Positions 34,925-49,047 of a DNA stretch of 64,000 nt are shown here, in pieces. Made by a program: the position numbers and the translations under genes. The notes under the pieces are model-generated. The model was given only the letters and a program-made list of their open reading frames with translations, did not search any database and was not told where the DNA came from. Every line of letters begins with the position of its first letter. Within the stretch, counting starts at the first letter, position 1. Origin of the DNA: Hydrolagus affinis (Eukaryota); assembly GCA_012026655.1 (NCBI GenBank), contig JAAILG010000467.1, positions 1 through 64,000 of the forward strand, in the 5' to 3' direction.

Positions 34925-37194
34925 GTTAAAATGACTGATAAAGGCTTAGCATAATGTTCTCTTAATAGAAAAATAACAGCAACAAATCCTTTTTCAACGG
35001 ATTCAGCTTATAGCGGAGCAGTCACATTTCCACCTTGGAGCTGGGACCCAACAATGGAAAGTCTAGAAGCACAATTCTCACGGAAGCAATGGTCAACTTT
35101 CATATTGATGCAAATGCAAAGTCCAATTCATTGGACTGAGAATTCATCACTTTTTCAAACAGCTTATTGGAATATAATTGAATTTATTCAGCTTTTTCCA
35201 GCACTTTCTGAAACATATGCCGGTATAGTTTTAAAGAAGGAATTCTCTGTTGATTCAGAATTGGCTGATCTGGATGAAAAAATATTAACGAGAATCACAC
35301 ATGAGTCAAACTTGCATGAATTGGTTGGTGTTCACAATATTTTTTTTTAAAAAAAGGCCTTCTGCTTTAGGTACAAAATCCTACCAAGTTAGACTTAAGA
35401 TGAGAGGGTTATTTATATCTAACAAACTACACAACACATTTAATGTAATGAAAAGCCTTCTTAATAAAGAACAAAGTTTGCAAAACAATCCTGTATTCTG
35501 TGCACAATGACACTGTCAAATACAGATATGTGTATGAATAGTGACAATATTTCAAATTGAAACTGTCATCAGAAACTAAAGTATCTTGTTTTAATGTGTA
35601 CTGCTGTTCTCGGTGTTTTATTTGATTTTTAATGCTACAAAGTAATTGCTGCTTGAGATGTGTTTGCTACTAATAGCAACTAAATAATTATATCCTTCAA
35701 ATGCTGTGCATAAGTGCCTTTGCAACTCTGCCATTAGCATCTGTATGACCCTCATATATAGGATAATGTACTTCTGCACTCAATAAAGAGTAAAATCAAA
35801 GTAAACTGAAATTTGATTTGGCAATTTTTACTTCAGCTTCAACAAAATCATCTTAAATTATGGTTTTCATCTTTTATGTTTGCAGCTTGTGTGACTATTG
35901 ATGTTAGCAGGGGTTCTATGATTTGTTATTTCTAGGCTTACAATTAGCCAACTGAGAAAGGGGATGGAAAATCATGCAAAAAAAATCAAAGTTAAAAATA
36001 AAGTACTATGTAAATGAGTACTTTGGCTGAAATGATATTTTATTAAGTGAATATTAAAGAGAAAAACTTGCAAGCACAAACAAACTGCCTCAGTTAATAA
36101 GATGCAATTACAATGATGTGAATAAACTATTTGATTTTGCTTTGTGTAAAGTAGTGTATTTACTCTGACCTACATTTTGGAAAGACACCTGTAAGAAATT
36201 ATGTGTAGTGGGATGTAATGAGGTTTTGTGGCTCAGGAAATGCTATCCACCGGATTTAATTAAACACAGAAACTGAAGCTTCACTACTAAACTTCAAACA
36301 GCTCATGCCATCCAATTCCCTAGATGCACCACTGTTTTGTGGCTTAAAAGAGGACTGAATGGTGTCAGGACCTTCCGGTGTGACCCACACCTCAGTCCAT
36401 ATCTTCTGTTGTTTGGCCAAATTCAGTACTAATCTGTGCACTACATTATCTATCTTTATATCATCATTGTGCACTGTGATTTCAGCAACTATTCTGCTTT
36501 ACACCACCGAGTAAGACATGACTTGTCCCATCCAGATTGAGTGAATGTAATGAGAGGCAGTGTAAATATTTTTCTTTAAAAATTAATTTGGAATAAGCTT
36601 TGGAAGAACAGAATTTTTAGTTCACACTTCAAGAAGACTTTTCTGTTTTATTCATTGAAATATCCATTCCAGCTTTATATTAATTTTGTATTGGTTTGAA
36701 ACATAAAGTATACAATTTGACTTTTTAGCTTTGTAATTATTCACTGATTTACACTTATTTGTTTCCTTATGGTATATCATAATTATATATAATTATGAGT
36801 ACATTAAATATGAAAAGTCGATGAATACTTCAGTATAACCTAACATGTATTTGCTGTTACACATATTAAGGCATGCTTTATTTGTACAAATTCCATTCTC
36901 CAACTTTGCCTAAATTACACTAAAAAGTGTCTGAAAATGCTTCCATGCATGTAGACTATCAATGGGATGTGTTCACTTCTTTATCCAAGACTTTAAAATG
37001 GAATGATGAGGACAACTTTGTTATTTCTTCAACTGGGGCACCCGATAATATAAATTTATTAAAATCATTACCTGAGAATTTGTATTGTAAGGTGGTCCTG
37101 TTTGTAATAATAAACAAATACTAGATGCATAACCAGTCCCCAAATCACACTAAAGCAAACTTTCACAGAACCATGGAAATTTACAGCACAGTTA

Positions 37195-37460
37195 AAGGCC
37201 ATTCAGCAATTTATGTCTGTGCTGGTTTATTTAAGAGCAATTTTTCAGTCCCTTTCACCCACCCTTTTCCTATATGTTTTAGGTACTCGTTCCCTTTTGG
37301 ATACACATATAGATTCTGCCTCAACCACTGTTCCTGGTAGGGCATTCCATATCCTAACTCCTAACCTCCCCCATTTGTTTGTTTGCTAACTACCTTAAAT
37401 TGATGCTCTTCTACTCACAGACTCAGCAACCTTCCTAGCTATACATTTGAAAAATCTTAG
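37195..37460 (-). mobile_element. Degenerate CR1 3' fragment
   Basis: aggccattcagc..tctgcctcaaccactgttcctggtagggcattccatatcctaac, the reverse of the CR1 RVV..WN.LP..VVEA region. Confidence 0.65.
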
Positions 37461-38773
37461 TGACACAAATGAAAACCTTCACCACCAACAGATTTGGCAA
37501 CTACAACCATGGAACATTTAACACGCCTATCCTTTATGTTCTGTTCATCTTCATCAATTCATCTCCCTGCACTCTGCATTACCATCATTCTGATTTAATG
37601 CAGCTGAACAAGTTGAATCTATTGCAATATTTATTTTGTTCACCGATTAGCATCCTCCCCTCTCTGTACATACATACAGAGTGAATGAACTATTTATTGA
37701 AATACTGTGATTTATTAAATTATTCCAGAAGTGAATGCGTGGTTTTTCATGTGAAGGGGTTTGCACACAGAATGAAATACTTCTATTCTTTCTGGATGTA
37801 GTCTGTAGGGTTTGGTAATCTTATAGATGCTGTGCCATTGATAAAGGGAGCGATACTATAAGAGTTATTTCCTTGGGTGGATATGACTGTTGGTGCTTTA
37901 CCTGCATATGTATGTACAATACATGTGAAATTCACACAAACAACTGTCTCACATTGAAGCGTGTTACAATAAAAGTGATAAATCTTATCCCAACATCTGC
38001 CTTTTTTTGTTTCCATGGTAGGAGGTGCAAATTGCAAAGTAATAATACCAGCAGGATAATCCCCACATTTGTAATTTAAAATGAGTGGAAATCCTCTAGC
38101 ATCTATATTGGCATTTGCTTTCAATTAGAGATATAGAAAAGTAAAAGCACTACAACTACTTGCCTCAATGATTCAATATAGGTGATATTGAATACATCAC
38201 TCCAATGTTAATACACTGTAATAAGATTAAACAAAATAGGTAAAAATAAAATAGGGAGCAATCTTTTAAGCAGTGTATTAATATGAGGATATTATTTCTT
38301 TCTAGAATATAATCTCTCCTTTCTAATGGAGTCTCTCATTTGATTATTATATATTGTATAGTTAATAAAATGAAGTGGTTGCTTGTAGGTATTATTGTAA
38401 AACCACTCATTCTATGTGTGAATCTGGTTACATCTGGTGGAGCAAGGGGGTTCCTCTGTCCTGATCTACTGAACGCACTGTAGTTCCCGAGATAAGGTTA
38501 ACTCAAAGATAAGTCAAAGACTCTAAAGACATACATGTGGAAATGTTACATTGGTCCCGTTTCTACCAGTCATATGGACAAAGAAGTCCTTGATAAAAAC
38601 ACATTCAGTTTACTCACACAGCCACTTCCAACATTTGGACTAGTCAGGAAGGGAATGAAATGTTCCCTAAAGAAAGTCTGGGAAATATTCATACTGTGCT
38701 GCATCCTTGTAATTCTTGCCATGTACAAAAGCATCACCATGAGTTTGCAAGAGTACTTTCACATCGTGGTAAC

Positions 38774-38887
38774 TAATAATAATAATCATTGCATTTGATA
38801 TAGCGCCTTATCACATCTTCTAGAGATCTCAAAGCGCTTCACAGAATATACTGTAAGGTGAATTGACTGTATATTTGCGGGAGAAAC
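38774..38887 (-). mobile_element. SINE2-1_CM-like 3' fragment
   Basis: Tail plus about 100 bp of body. Confidence 0.88.
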
Positions 38888-39251
38888 TAACAGGAGTATT
38901 GTGAACAGCAACCACCACCAAAAGAGACTCTCCAGCTAGGTACAAGAGAGAGAGGACCTTAGATTTCTACCAAGCTCTGCAATTCGTATTTTTGTATTAG
39001 TGACATATTTATAATCCTGGAACTGCCTTATCGGCCAAACTTCAGGGAAAAAAACAAAGTTTATAGAATCTTATACAATCAAGTGAAATACTGGTCTGAT
39101 TCCACTAAAGTTCAATGAATCAAATTATTTCATGCTATTTGGAATCATAAATTTCCAAGTTAATATTAAATGATTTGGAAAGCAGATGGGACTTTTGCGT
39201 GGAGTTTTGATGACAGCAAAAGCTTTTCCAATGTATTTCATTGTAATAGAT

Positions 39252-39376
39252 AAATAATAATCCCTGCATTTGATATGAAGCCTTATCAACTCATAGAGAT
39301 GTCTCAAAGTACCTCACAGGATATACTGTAAAGTGGTTTTAACTGTGTATATTGTGGGTAAAACGCTTTGCCAATT
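39252..39376 (-). mobile_element. SINE2-1_CM-like 3' fragment
   Basis: Tail plus about 110 bp of body, more diverged. Confidence 0.8.
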
Positions 39377-40782
39377 CAATTAATTATCAGTCAAAAAATT
39401 AGTAAAAATGTTAATGCCCTGAAGTAGATTTATATCCAAGCAAGCTAAATTAATCTTGTACTTTTGTATTCAATTTACTGGATTATCACTTTATGATTAG
39501 ATGCACACACTACCTTATTAAATACTTCTGATGTTAGGAAATCCATCAATTAAAAATTTTACCCACTTCACTTTCAAAATATGATGGATTTTGCACTCAA
39601 AGCAGCTTTCATTGCTGGTCCTCAGCTCAATAACAGGTATTGGCTTGGCCGAAGGTAGTCAGTATAGAAATCACAAGAAATTTAAGATTCTTCTGCAATT
39701 CAGATCAAACAGCAAAAGGTCATTGCAACCTTTGCTTGAAATCTCAATTACATGAACTCAAATAATATTTAATGAAACCTAAAATTCCCTTTGTACAGTA
39801 AATACTCCATGTAAGGTCATGTCCAGACCTGATCTGTCTTCATAATCTGCTATTAAAGGTAATACACAGGCTAAATATAATGAAAGTAGTGTAATAGAGG
39901 GCAGTGTGTCACTTCTGATACTTCCAAAATTAGTATAGGATTCATAGATTTAATGTGATTTTTTTAAGTGTGTTAATAAAACTCACCATGACATTGTAAC
40001 CCATATTGGGTGTGATCTCACATCTGCTCTCCTGAACTGATCACTGTAAAATGGGATGCAGACTAAAATAGTCATTATGTACACAGCAAGTACTTCAACC
40101 GGCTTTGGAGCAAATAATGTAAAGCATCCATTTTATATTTATTTAAGTGACTTGCATCCAGTTACTTTAATTAACATAATAGTGAATTATTTGTTCTGTT
40201 TTAACCGATTAAATGTATTTATGCCTATTTAAAGGACGCAGGACAAGTTAAAGATGTTTTGTGTATTTTCAAATGCGCTATTGCATTGTTCACCAGTAAC
40301 CTTGTTTAGAACAATAATGTCATGGTATAGTAGGATATACGGCTATTTTTTTCACATCAATTGTCACTAGAAATGATTAAAGCAAGCAATCAATTACTAC
40401 ACTATCCTTATTCCAATGTTGGCAGCAAAGTTGGATTATCAACTGATTAGAAATAGCAAAACATCGAAAGGAAATATAATTGCATAATTCTGTACACCAA
40501 AAATTACTTACATAGTATGGAAACAACTTTATTGGACATTTGAACAACAGATATAAATCAGACAAAATAAAAAATATTGAAGTGTTGCATAGAGACAGTA
40601 ATTGCATCTGGTTTTTGAGATGATGTTTGAAAATCATTCTCACTGTCCTGAATTAGAATGTCTTCTGATTCGGTTGATTAAATTTCTGTCTTGTAACTAT
40701 CTGGCCCTGAATCTATCATTCTATGTACGAAGAGAACTTAAAACTCACAGTTTGGGTTTTGGAAAGGTATGAGGACTGAGGT

Positions 40783-40810
40783 TCTCTCTCTCTCTCTCTC
40801 TCTCACACAC
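40783..40810. repeat. (TC)n(AC)n microsatellite
   Basis: Direct reading. Confidence 0.9.
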
Positions 40811-41112
40811 CCTTTTTCTTTGATAGAGAGCTAATCTCAAGTAGGTTTGTCCCAGAACAATAATAATATCAGAGCTCAATTAGAGGGCCAATCAATTTGA
40901 TGGGAGTTCCGTGTTGTTTGAAAATAGAGTCCTAGAGGTACGTAAGCTTGAGAACAAGGCTGCGAGATGTCAACCGAGTCTCATACAACACAGTGTGTCC
41001 TCACCAAATGTCAGCACCTTTGGTTTGTGGGTTACAGCTCCCTTTCCTGGCCCAATGATTTCAGAATTCACATATTATCCCCACCAAATCCAACCCTGGA
41101 ATAAGTCTACAG

Positions 41113-41125
41113 GTTGCTTAGCAAC
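41113..41125. promoter_or_regulatory. RFX X-box (13-bp form)
   Basis: GTTGCTTAGCAAC, inverted GTTGCT/AGCAAC half-sites. Confidence 0.45.
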
Positions 41126-41639
41126 ACAGGGTAAAACGAATGACGTTGAGGATGCATGTTTTCATTGTTGAGAGAATAGATTTTACTGTTGCTGCTGATT
41201 GGTTTACTGTGACATCATGATTTCTAAAAAAGAAAACAGCATTGCACGGCATGGCTCCATTATCAACTAAAATCTCCCATATCACCCCACAAATGTTAGC
41301 ATTTTGTCGTGTCGACAACATCTGTATGCATTGTGTGAGGTTTTAATGTTTGCGCCCAGGGTATTCATAAAATAAAACAAGATCCACACACAGGTTCAAT
41401 CGGTCGTTTTAAGAATATTATAATTGAATTTCCAACCTGATTAAAATTCAACATTTTTAAAAAATTAGATACATATTAGAAATAAACAGAATTGGTCACC
41501 AGTGTTCTCTGGTGCCTGCGTAACTTGATTTCAGCAGAAAAATTGAGGTTTCAGCACAACATGGATTTACCTAGAGAAATAGCAGCAAGGATTTATAAGA
41601 AAACCCAAATTGATAGGAAATTCCATTTTCGAACAGATT

Positions 41640-41900
41640 TCTTTCTCTTGCTGGCCTCTTAATCCTCATAGAGCTGGAACCCCACAGACTGACATTACCC
41701 ACACCCAGGGTGAGCAGGTCTGCTCCATTAACAAAAAACACAATAAATCGCTGAGGAACAGCTCTTGAAAATAGTAGGCGAGTCACTGCCTTTTAACAGC
41801 AATATTGTGAAACGCTATCTTGCCTGGCGATAAATGAGGTTAATCTTTGGATATTTTTAGTCTCAAATTATAAATAGCATTCATTGGATGAATATTCTTC
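41640..41900. promoter_or_regulatory. Candidate conserved non-coding element
   Basis: Unique block with local CpG retention; TAATCC, CAATAAATC, GAGTCA, GATAAA and TAATCT motifs. Confidence 0.3.
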
Positions 41901-43147
41901 TCAAATTCTTCCTTTGGTTCAGAATAACAAATGTGTACCGACTTCCTATATGATGACAAGGAACAATACATCGACGTTCTGCATGGAGTATTAGTACAAA
42001 TCTATCTGCTCTTATGTTTTTAACTGATGGAGACCCTGTAAATTCATAATAATGATTTGATATGATGGGCCGAAAGATCTTCGCTGGGTGGGCTGAAAAT
42101 AATGCTTTGATTGTTAGTAAATAAAATATCAACTCTAAAACCAAAGCCACACTGGCATCGTCCTAAATGTAATCAACCAGTAGGCTTCTAAAATGGCATA
42201 TCTTTTCTTAAATACAAAATAAACCTCTGATAGCATTATCCAGAATGGTAATTATTCTTATTCAGAGTGAACAGAATGCTTCTTGTTTCAAGGATTGTGC
42301 TCCATTCTGCAAACTGGAAGTGACTTTCCAAACTAATAAAAGAGGAAGCAATAACAGGGGTTGGTGGGGGAGCAAGAAAGCAAACAAAATACTATTACAA
42401 AGACCTGGTTTATTTTTTCAAAGCTCATTCAATATATCCAACCCTCCTCTAATCAGTGCTCTGCAGGTAAATAGCAGTATCTTGCCTGGTAACAAGTGAC
42501 CTAAAATAAAAGGACTATTTGCCTTCTTTTCTATCCCTTTTGTCCTGAATTATTGCTACTCCAAATGCACATCTCTGAATTAACGGTTTACTTTAAGTGC
42601 ACTTTAAAATGACTTCACAAATTATTATAGTTGTTTTCCTTCTCTATATTATAGTTGGCGGAAAATTGTGATCAAAGGCATGAGTTCCAGTAGATTAACA
42701 GGTTAAAATTTTAGTTATACTGTATATAGGATTATTTATAATATTTATCCAATTATTTTATCTCTTGCCTTAGTCTAAATATTTTTTAGATACTCTCATT
42801 CACGGGTGTGAGAGAGATAGACAAACCATTCAGGTTGTTTTTTTAACCTGATCTTATCATTTTACCATTACAAAATAATATTTTCTATTTTTACAAAAAG
42901 CACTTTTAATATTCTTACTTTCAAATAAGGACTGAAAGAAACATATCTCATTGCTAATCTGTCACTGACCATTTGTCTGTGTATGACTGTGTCTTTAATA
43001 CTTTTCCAACACTGGCTTACTACATTACATTGTATAATGACTCAACTTAAAAATGTTCTTCCATGGAGGTAAAGCAAAATAATTGTCTTGCAGTTATTTT
43101 GGAGCATCTCAATCACATAGATCAAATTTAGAATAAAACACTGTCAA

Positions 43148-43258
43148 AAAATATACAGTCAATTCACTTTGCAGTACACTCTGTGAAGCACTTTGAGATG
43201 TCTAGAAGATATGAAAAGCACTATTTCAAATGCAAGGATTATCATCGTTATTATTATT
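43148..43258 (+). mobile_element. SINE2-1_CM-like 3' fragment
   Basis: atatacagtcaattcactttgcagta..caaatgcaaggattatc..ttattatt. Confidence 0.88.
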
Positions 43259-44964
43259 AAGTAGACCTTCATCAATGGTGAGAGCTGCTTAGCTCTAGCT
43301 GGTGAAGCAACATCACAATGAGTTCATGCATCTGTTTGGTTTGATTCTGCCATTTAGTGTGACAAAGACAAAAGCATGTACTGTAATAGAAGTCACCAAC
43401 CACAAGGAAGTGGAAGCATGGAACTGTTGTCATATGGAATTACAGACAGAAAGAGATATACAGAGGAAGACTGAAATGAAAAGAGTGAAATAAAGTATAA
43501 ATGGATGTGTAAGGACAGGTGCCATTATGGACTGGAAACAAGCCAGCTTTTTACATTGCTTTCACCTTTCCTTTACTCCTTTTTTAATTTTAAAAACAAT
43601 GTGCCTTCCTTTCTGTTTTGGTCACAATTTTTTTAATTCCATTATTTCATTCAGTTTACCTTTTTTTCCCCCCCTTTTTGTTACTGGAACATGCAAGATA
43701 CAGGATGAATTATTAGGCCCAAAGTAAGGTATGTTGTATCACGGAATTTTGTAGTTGGCTCAATTTTCCCAGCAGCTCTGAAAACATAGATTTCCCTGAA
43801 TATTCCTCATGGAATCTCATTTGATTAAACTAAATATAATTAATAATAGTGTTCTACATTTAATGTGATATCCGCTTGTAGCCAGAACTACTGCAATGTG
43901 TTTTTCACATGTATCGTTTTTTATTAAAAGAGACAATCAGTGGTGTGATAATGTCATTACAGCAGATTGGATACAGCTTGTTAAAGCTTGAATCAATTGA
44001 TTTCCCATTCATATTACCAGCACAATCCTACATTAGTGTTACTGAGTGGGAGAACAGAAAATGTCCTACTCTTCACCATCAATTTTTGTCATAATGGTTA
44101 CATAAATTAGATAATAGCATTGGAAGTTGGCATGTGCTGAAAAGCTTCCTTGCAAAATCATAATAATCTTTGCGTCTGATATAGTAAACACAAGAAACAA
44201 AGACTAAATGGTCTTTAAAACAGGAATTATAGTGGATTTGGTTTCTAAATTAGGTTGAACAATTGACCTACTGAGAAACATCTTCTGTGGTTTCTTCCTG
44301 AATCATGGCACCCCCTTTCTGTCTGTATGTGCAAGTACTTCCTTGCTTTTCAAAATGTTGCAGTGACTAAAAGGATCACAGCAAAAGGTAATATTTGAAG
44401 ACTCTGAGACTACCTTTAAATTCTTGACACCACTAAAATTCTCTGTCAACTCCCAAACTGACAATTTGCCAGTATATTTTTTTGTCATTTTTTTCCATTG
44501 GCAAACAGCTGTATTTGATTTTACCCCAGTTTAATTTCAAAGCTATCATATGGTATTGTAACCTAGAAGGCATACAAGCTGTGTTCATTCCAAAAGGAGA
44601 CAAAACTGTCAAAATTACTAGTAGTCAAGTAGAAAATGAATTGACCTAGCATGTCGCTTGCTTGGAGCTATTAATTCTGCTAGGGAAACGAGATCCATCC
44701 ATGCTATACTCCAGTGTTAGAGGACTGGCTCATTCGCAGCAGGGATGTGCAGTCTCGCCATCTGAAGGACCAATCAAGTGTGAAGTACAGTGTAGTTTTA
44801 GACCTTATTCTTTGGCAGAAGCTTGGCTACTACTTCAGTCCTCTGCAACTTTCAAGGATTAGTCCAGACGCTATTCTGCTCTCTGAAAGGGTAACACAGC
44901 ACGAAGGCAGGCTTCAATGCATTAAACTTTAACAGCTGGGGTGGAGAGCAAAAGCCTTCTTTTT

Positions 44965-44978
44965 GTCACTATAGAAAC
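44965..44978. promoter_or_regulatory. RFX X-box
   Basis: GTCACTATAGAAAC fits GTNDCYATRGHAAC. Confidence 0.4.
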
Positions 44979-46129
44979 AGCATATCTAAAAGTTCAGGCA
45001 AAATTAAGATAGTTTAGTTGTAATAGCACCATTTGTACTGCGCTCATTTTAAAATAGTTTTTCTTTAGAAACATGTTTTTAACATTTCTAAGCTTTATTT
45101 CCTTCTCTGAAAACATCATGCTTTGGCATGATGAGAATTTTCAAGTTACCTCTCAAATTGAAATGTGTTTTTTTTTCAGTCTTTTTTCCATGAACAAAGT
45201 TAGTTAAACTTGGATATTCAACAGTAGTTAAATCTTGCAATACTGTCATTTCGACTACAATATTTACAGTATTTGGAAATATGCCTCAAACCCCATTCTT
45301 TTAATTGATTACTTTGATACGATATAAAACAAACTCTTAACATAAAGCAATCAATTGGCTTTATGAACAAAAGGGTGCATCATGTGGAGCTTACTTTAAC
45401 AAAGTTCCTTTTTAAAGTTCAAGAGATCTTCAGTTACCACTGTAAAAAAATCGTGATTTGAATGCATTTGGGGCTTTTGAGATATCAGCACAGAAAGTTT
45501 GACGAATCGTATTGAAAATAATTACTTTCTATTTTGGTGGCATCTCACATTCCAGTCTCTAAATCTTGATGTCATTACGCTACAGCGGGAATCAACATCC
45601 AGGGTGTTTTGGGCTGAAATGAGTGCAGGTCACACATTCTAAATTTTTCCTGTGATCTTTGTGGGTGGAGCTAAGTGGCTACAAAGCAACTTCAGTTTCA
45701 GAGAAAATAAACAAAGTGCTGCCGCTAGCAGCCTCCCATTTCAAGTTTTTTTTTTTAAAAATTGAAATGTCGTCAATATATTTTTCAAGGTCTGTTAATA
45801 TTTTTAATCCCAAAACAACCCTCAGAATTAATCGAGTTTCCAATTTGAAACTATTTTTCAAAAGACAAAATTTGGGATATACCGTATTGTCAATTATTGA
45901 ACAAATTTTATTATTACATACAAGGTGCTGTTAAGAGTTTTACACGCAAGAAAATGGTTAGAACTGAAGTTGATCAAGTATATCTTACCTTTATGTTTTT
46001 AAAAAAATGAAATTGTCATTCGATTTTCTGTAAAGTATAACTAACTTCAATCTGTAATCCAAATGTATTGTTTAATCACAATGCTGCAATATATTGTAAC
46101 ATATGAACCAAACCAATCCTACTCCTCCA

Positions 46130-46330
46130 ATGAAATCTTGGTCTCCATAGCCTTGACCCCCACCTACCTCTGTGACCTCCTAACCCCTTACTAACCTGTC
46201 CATTGCCCCAGCTCAGCGTTGTTCTAGGTTTACACTTTCAATATCCTTTAAAATGTCATGCACCTCTATAAGGCCACCTCAGGGACACCTTTCAAAACTG
46301 AAGAGTCCTAGCTCTCCATGCACTGACACT
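46130..46330. mobile_element. Adjacent L2 (+) and CR1 (-) fragments
   Basis: ctccatagccttgacccccacctacctctgtgacctcc (L2, LH.L.P.YL.DLL) followed by cacctctataaggccacctcag..ctgaagagtcctagc (reverse of CR1 LGLFSL..RLRGDLIEV). Confidence 0.55.
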
Positions 46331-47190
46331 GTCTATACTCGTTCCACTGAGTGGGTCCAACTTCTCTTCTCCAAACCTGCATAATCTATTCCTAATTCCC
46401 ATTCAATTTACCAATTACTACTGTTCTGTTTAACAATTATTCCAAGTTTTTATACTTTTATTGTGACATGTCATGCAAAACAAGAGTTCTATCGTATCTG
46501 TCTTAAAGTGCCAGACCTGCAATAAGAGGAACGACTACCAATAGCTCAAAAGAATTCCACTTGAGGTGACAGTGCATGTCATGTAAGTGAAATGCTCAGC
46601 CAGCACTGCATTTACGGGGGTGGAATTGTTAACAAACAACAGGAAAAAAAGAAACAAACTTGTCTCAATTAAGGCTTAATTACATCCCAATCTGATCAAA
46701 GTTGTCAAATTCATGAATGTGAGTCTTTCATTCCTTTACTGCGTACAACCTGTATAAGTATTTAAAGAAAATTATTTTAGCAGCCAGCGGAATTTTTTTT
46801 AAAATAAGTGCTATGAATCACTGGTAAATTTCACAGTGCTTTGTCAGCTAGGACTCTTGTTTGCAGGTATGTCTACAACACCAAATATCAACATCAATGA
46901 GCTAAACAGGCTGTGCTACTATTGAAAACACAGAAACTTGTAGCAGACCGGTTGGCTTTGCCCGGAGTGTCACTTCTGATGCCAGTTGTACCCTAAAGAA
47001 AGCCTATTTACTTTCTTCAATGAATTGACTTTGAAAAGGACAGAAGGGCAAAGTTTATATACTCCCAGACATGAACCGACAACCTATGTACTGGCTCCAA
47101 ATCTATTGCTTAGGGCTACCCATTATACTGAACTATTGAATAAAGTGTACAAGAGTGGTATTTGCCAGTCAGCCTCAACAGTACCATTTA

Positions 47191-47338
47191 CTGTTTGTGG
47201 GACACTTCTGTGCGTAATTTGATGCCGCCTTTCGCCCACAAATATACCATCAATTCGCTTGATAGTATATTCTGTGAAGCGTTTTAAGACGTCTAGAACA
47301 TGTGAAAATCGCTATATCAAATGCAAGGGTTATTATTA
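47191..47338 (+). mobile_element. SINE2-1_CM-like 3' half
   Basis: ctgtttgtgggacac..ttcgcccacaaatata..tatcaaatgcaagggttattatta. Confidence 0.9.
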
Positions 47339-47895
47339 CAACAACAACAACTTCGATTTATATAGCGCCCTCCACCCCAGACGGCGTCTCAGAGCGCTTC
47401 ACAATAGCGGATCCCAGGACCGAGCCAGGGGCAGGGGTAGGAAGGTGACCAAAGGCACAGTCAAAGAGAAAGGTCTTCAACTGGGACCTGAAGCTGAGAA
47501 AAGATGGGTCGAGGAGAAGGTAGTGAGGAAGGGAATTCCAGTGCCTCGGGGCATAGTGGCTGAAGGCACGGCCGCCAAGGGTGGAGCAGAGGATTCGGGG
47601 AACATGGAGGAGGCCAGACCCAGTGGAGCGAAGGCAACGGGTGTTGGTTTGAGGAGAGAGGTCAGAGAGGTAGGGGGTGCAGAGGAGTGGAGGGATTTGA
47701 AGACGAGGGTGAGGATCTTGAAGTCGATCCTCTCTGGGACAGGGAGCCAGTGAAGTCTGGCAAGGACTGGGGTCATGGGGGAGCAAAGTTTGACGCGGGT
47801 GAGAACGCGGGCGGCAGAGTTCTGAATGAGCTGGACTCTGTGGATTGTGGAGGAGGGGAGACTGGCGAGGAGGGCATTGGAATAATCTGAAGTAG
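47339..47895 (-). mobile_element. L2 LINE 3' 550 bp (ORF2 C-terminus + UTR, one frameshift)
   Basis: DYSNALLASLPSSTIHRVQLIQNSAARVLTR..TPVLARLHWLPVPERIDFKILTLVFKSLH, then YLSDL..RAFSHYAPRHWNSLP..SFRSQLKTFLF; (GTT)n tail. Confidence 0.95.
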
Positions 47896-48094
47896 TCTGC
47901 ACCACTTGGTGCTGTGAACCTGAAGTAAGCAACAGAGACCAGCTTTGAATGGCTATTGTTGTTGCAACTTTTAGAGAATATCCGGCACTTTTCACTCCTT
48001 GGTGCTGATTTATATGAATGATATAGAAGCTCGGTGATTCAGAATACATTTGTACAATCTGAAATTGCAGGATCTGGTGACAGCAATCACTTAC

Positions 48095-48243
48095 AATAAT
48101 AATAGTCCTTACATTTGATATAGCACTTTTCACGTCTTCTAGACGTCTCAAAGCACTTCACAGAATATACTGTAAAGTGCACGGTCTGTATATTTGTGGG
48201 CGAAACACGGCAGCCAGGTGCGCACAGCAGTGTCCCACAAAAC
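48095..48243 (-). mobile_element. SINE2-1_CM-like 3' half
   Basis: Tail plus body to gcagtgtcccacaaa. Confidence 0.9.
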
Positions 48244-48874
48244 TATCTTTGAGACTTTAAACTGATCATTAGATTGTCTAGGAATGCCATTTCTTTTAAA
48301 ATCATATGTTTTTAGCCTACTTATAAAATGTGTTTTTCACTAGTCTTTGTTACTACTGCAAGAAAAATAGCACCAGACAGGTACTATATTAAAGTGAACG
48401 GCCAATTTTTGAATCTTGTGTCAGTCTTTCTTCTCTTTCCCCCTCCATCAATAGGCAGTAAAACATAAACATCACAATATCATGTAAACAGCTATTTTTG
48501 GTGAATAATATATCTAAACCACATTTATATGGTTGAAAATATTCTAGAAAATTAATCTGACTAAATTCGGCAATCTTTTGCATCAGAATGTGAAATGGAA
48601 AGCATATATTACATATAGGATTGATAAATGTTGTTAAATAATTGGCTTATATAAAACTCCACTCCAAAGTCCAGAAGACATCAAAAGATATCTGCAGTCT
48701 ATTCTGTCATAAATGAAAATGGATCATCTGAAATGACCTGATTTGTCCTACACCATGACAATATATCTATTTCCCACATTCTTCCCTAAAGTACAGTATA
48801 ACTGGTTCCGACCCTTCCTATTGCAGCCCCAACTGGTTTCTAGCAGATCTGCATTCCTTGCTGGTCTACTCCCA

Positions 48875-48888
48875 GTTTCCATAGAAAC
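48875..48888. promoter_or_regulatory. RFX X-box
   Basis: GTTTCCATAGAAAC within the near-palindrome CAGTTTCCATAGAAACTG. Confidence 0.5.
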
Positions 48889-49047
48889 TGTCTGCAGTAA
48901 AAACTGCTGGCTGTTTCTCACTGCTCGTGTAGGTCCCACAATGTTTTGCGAGCTTTCCAGCACACTATTTATACCAATAGAAAAGCGGGTTTGAAAACTT
49001 AATAGAAAAGAGACACAAGCAGTGTGTGTGTGTATGTGCGCAATTTA

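Noticed and set aside
35054-35350. 98-aa ATG ORF
   Set aside because: No known domain and no convincing promoter or splice context; this length can arise by chance in 64 kb.
47259-48151. Longest ORFs (164, 142 and 224 aa) as host genes
   Set aside because: They are L2 ORF2 remnants, or their antisense, fused to SINE sequence, with a frameshift.
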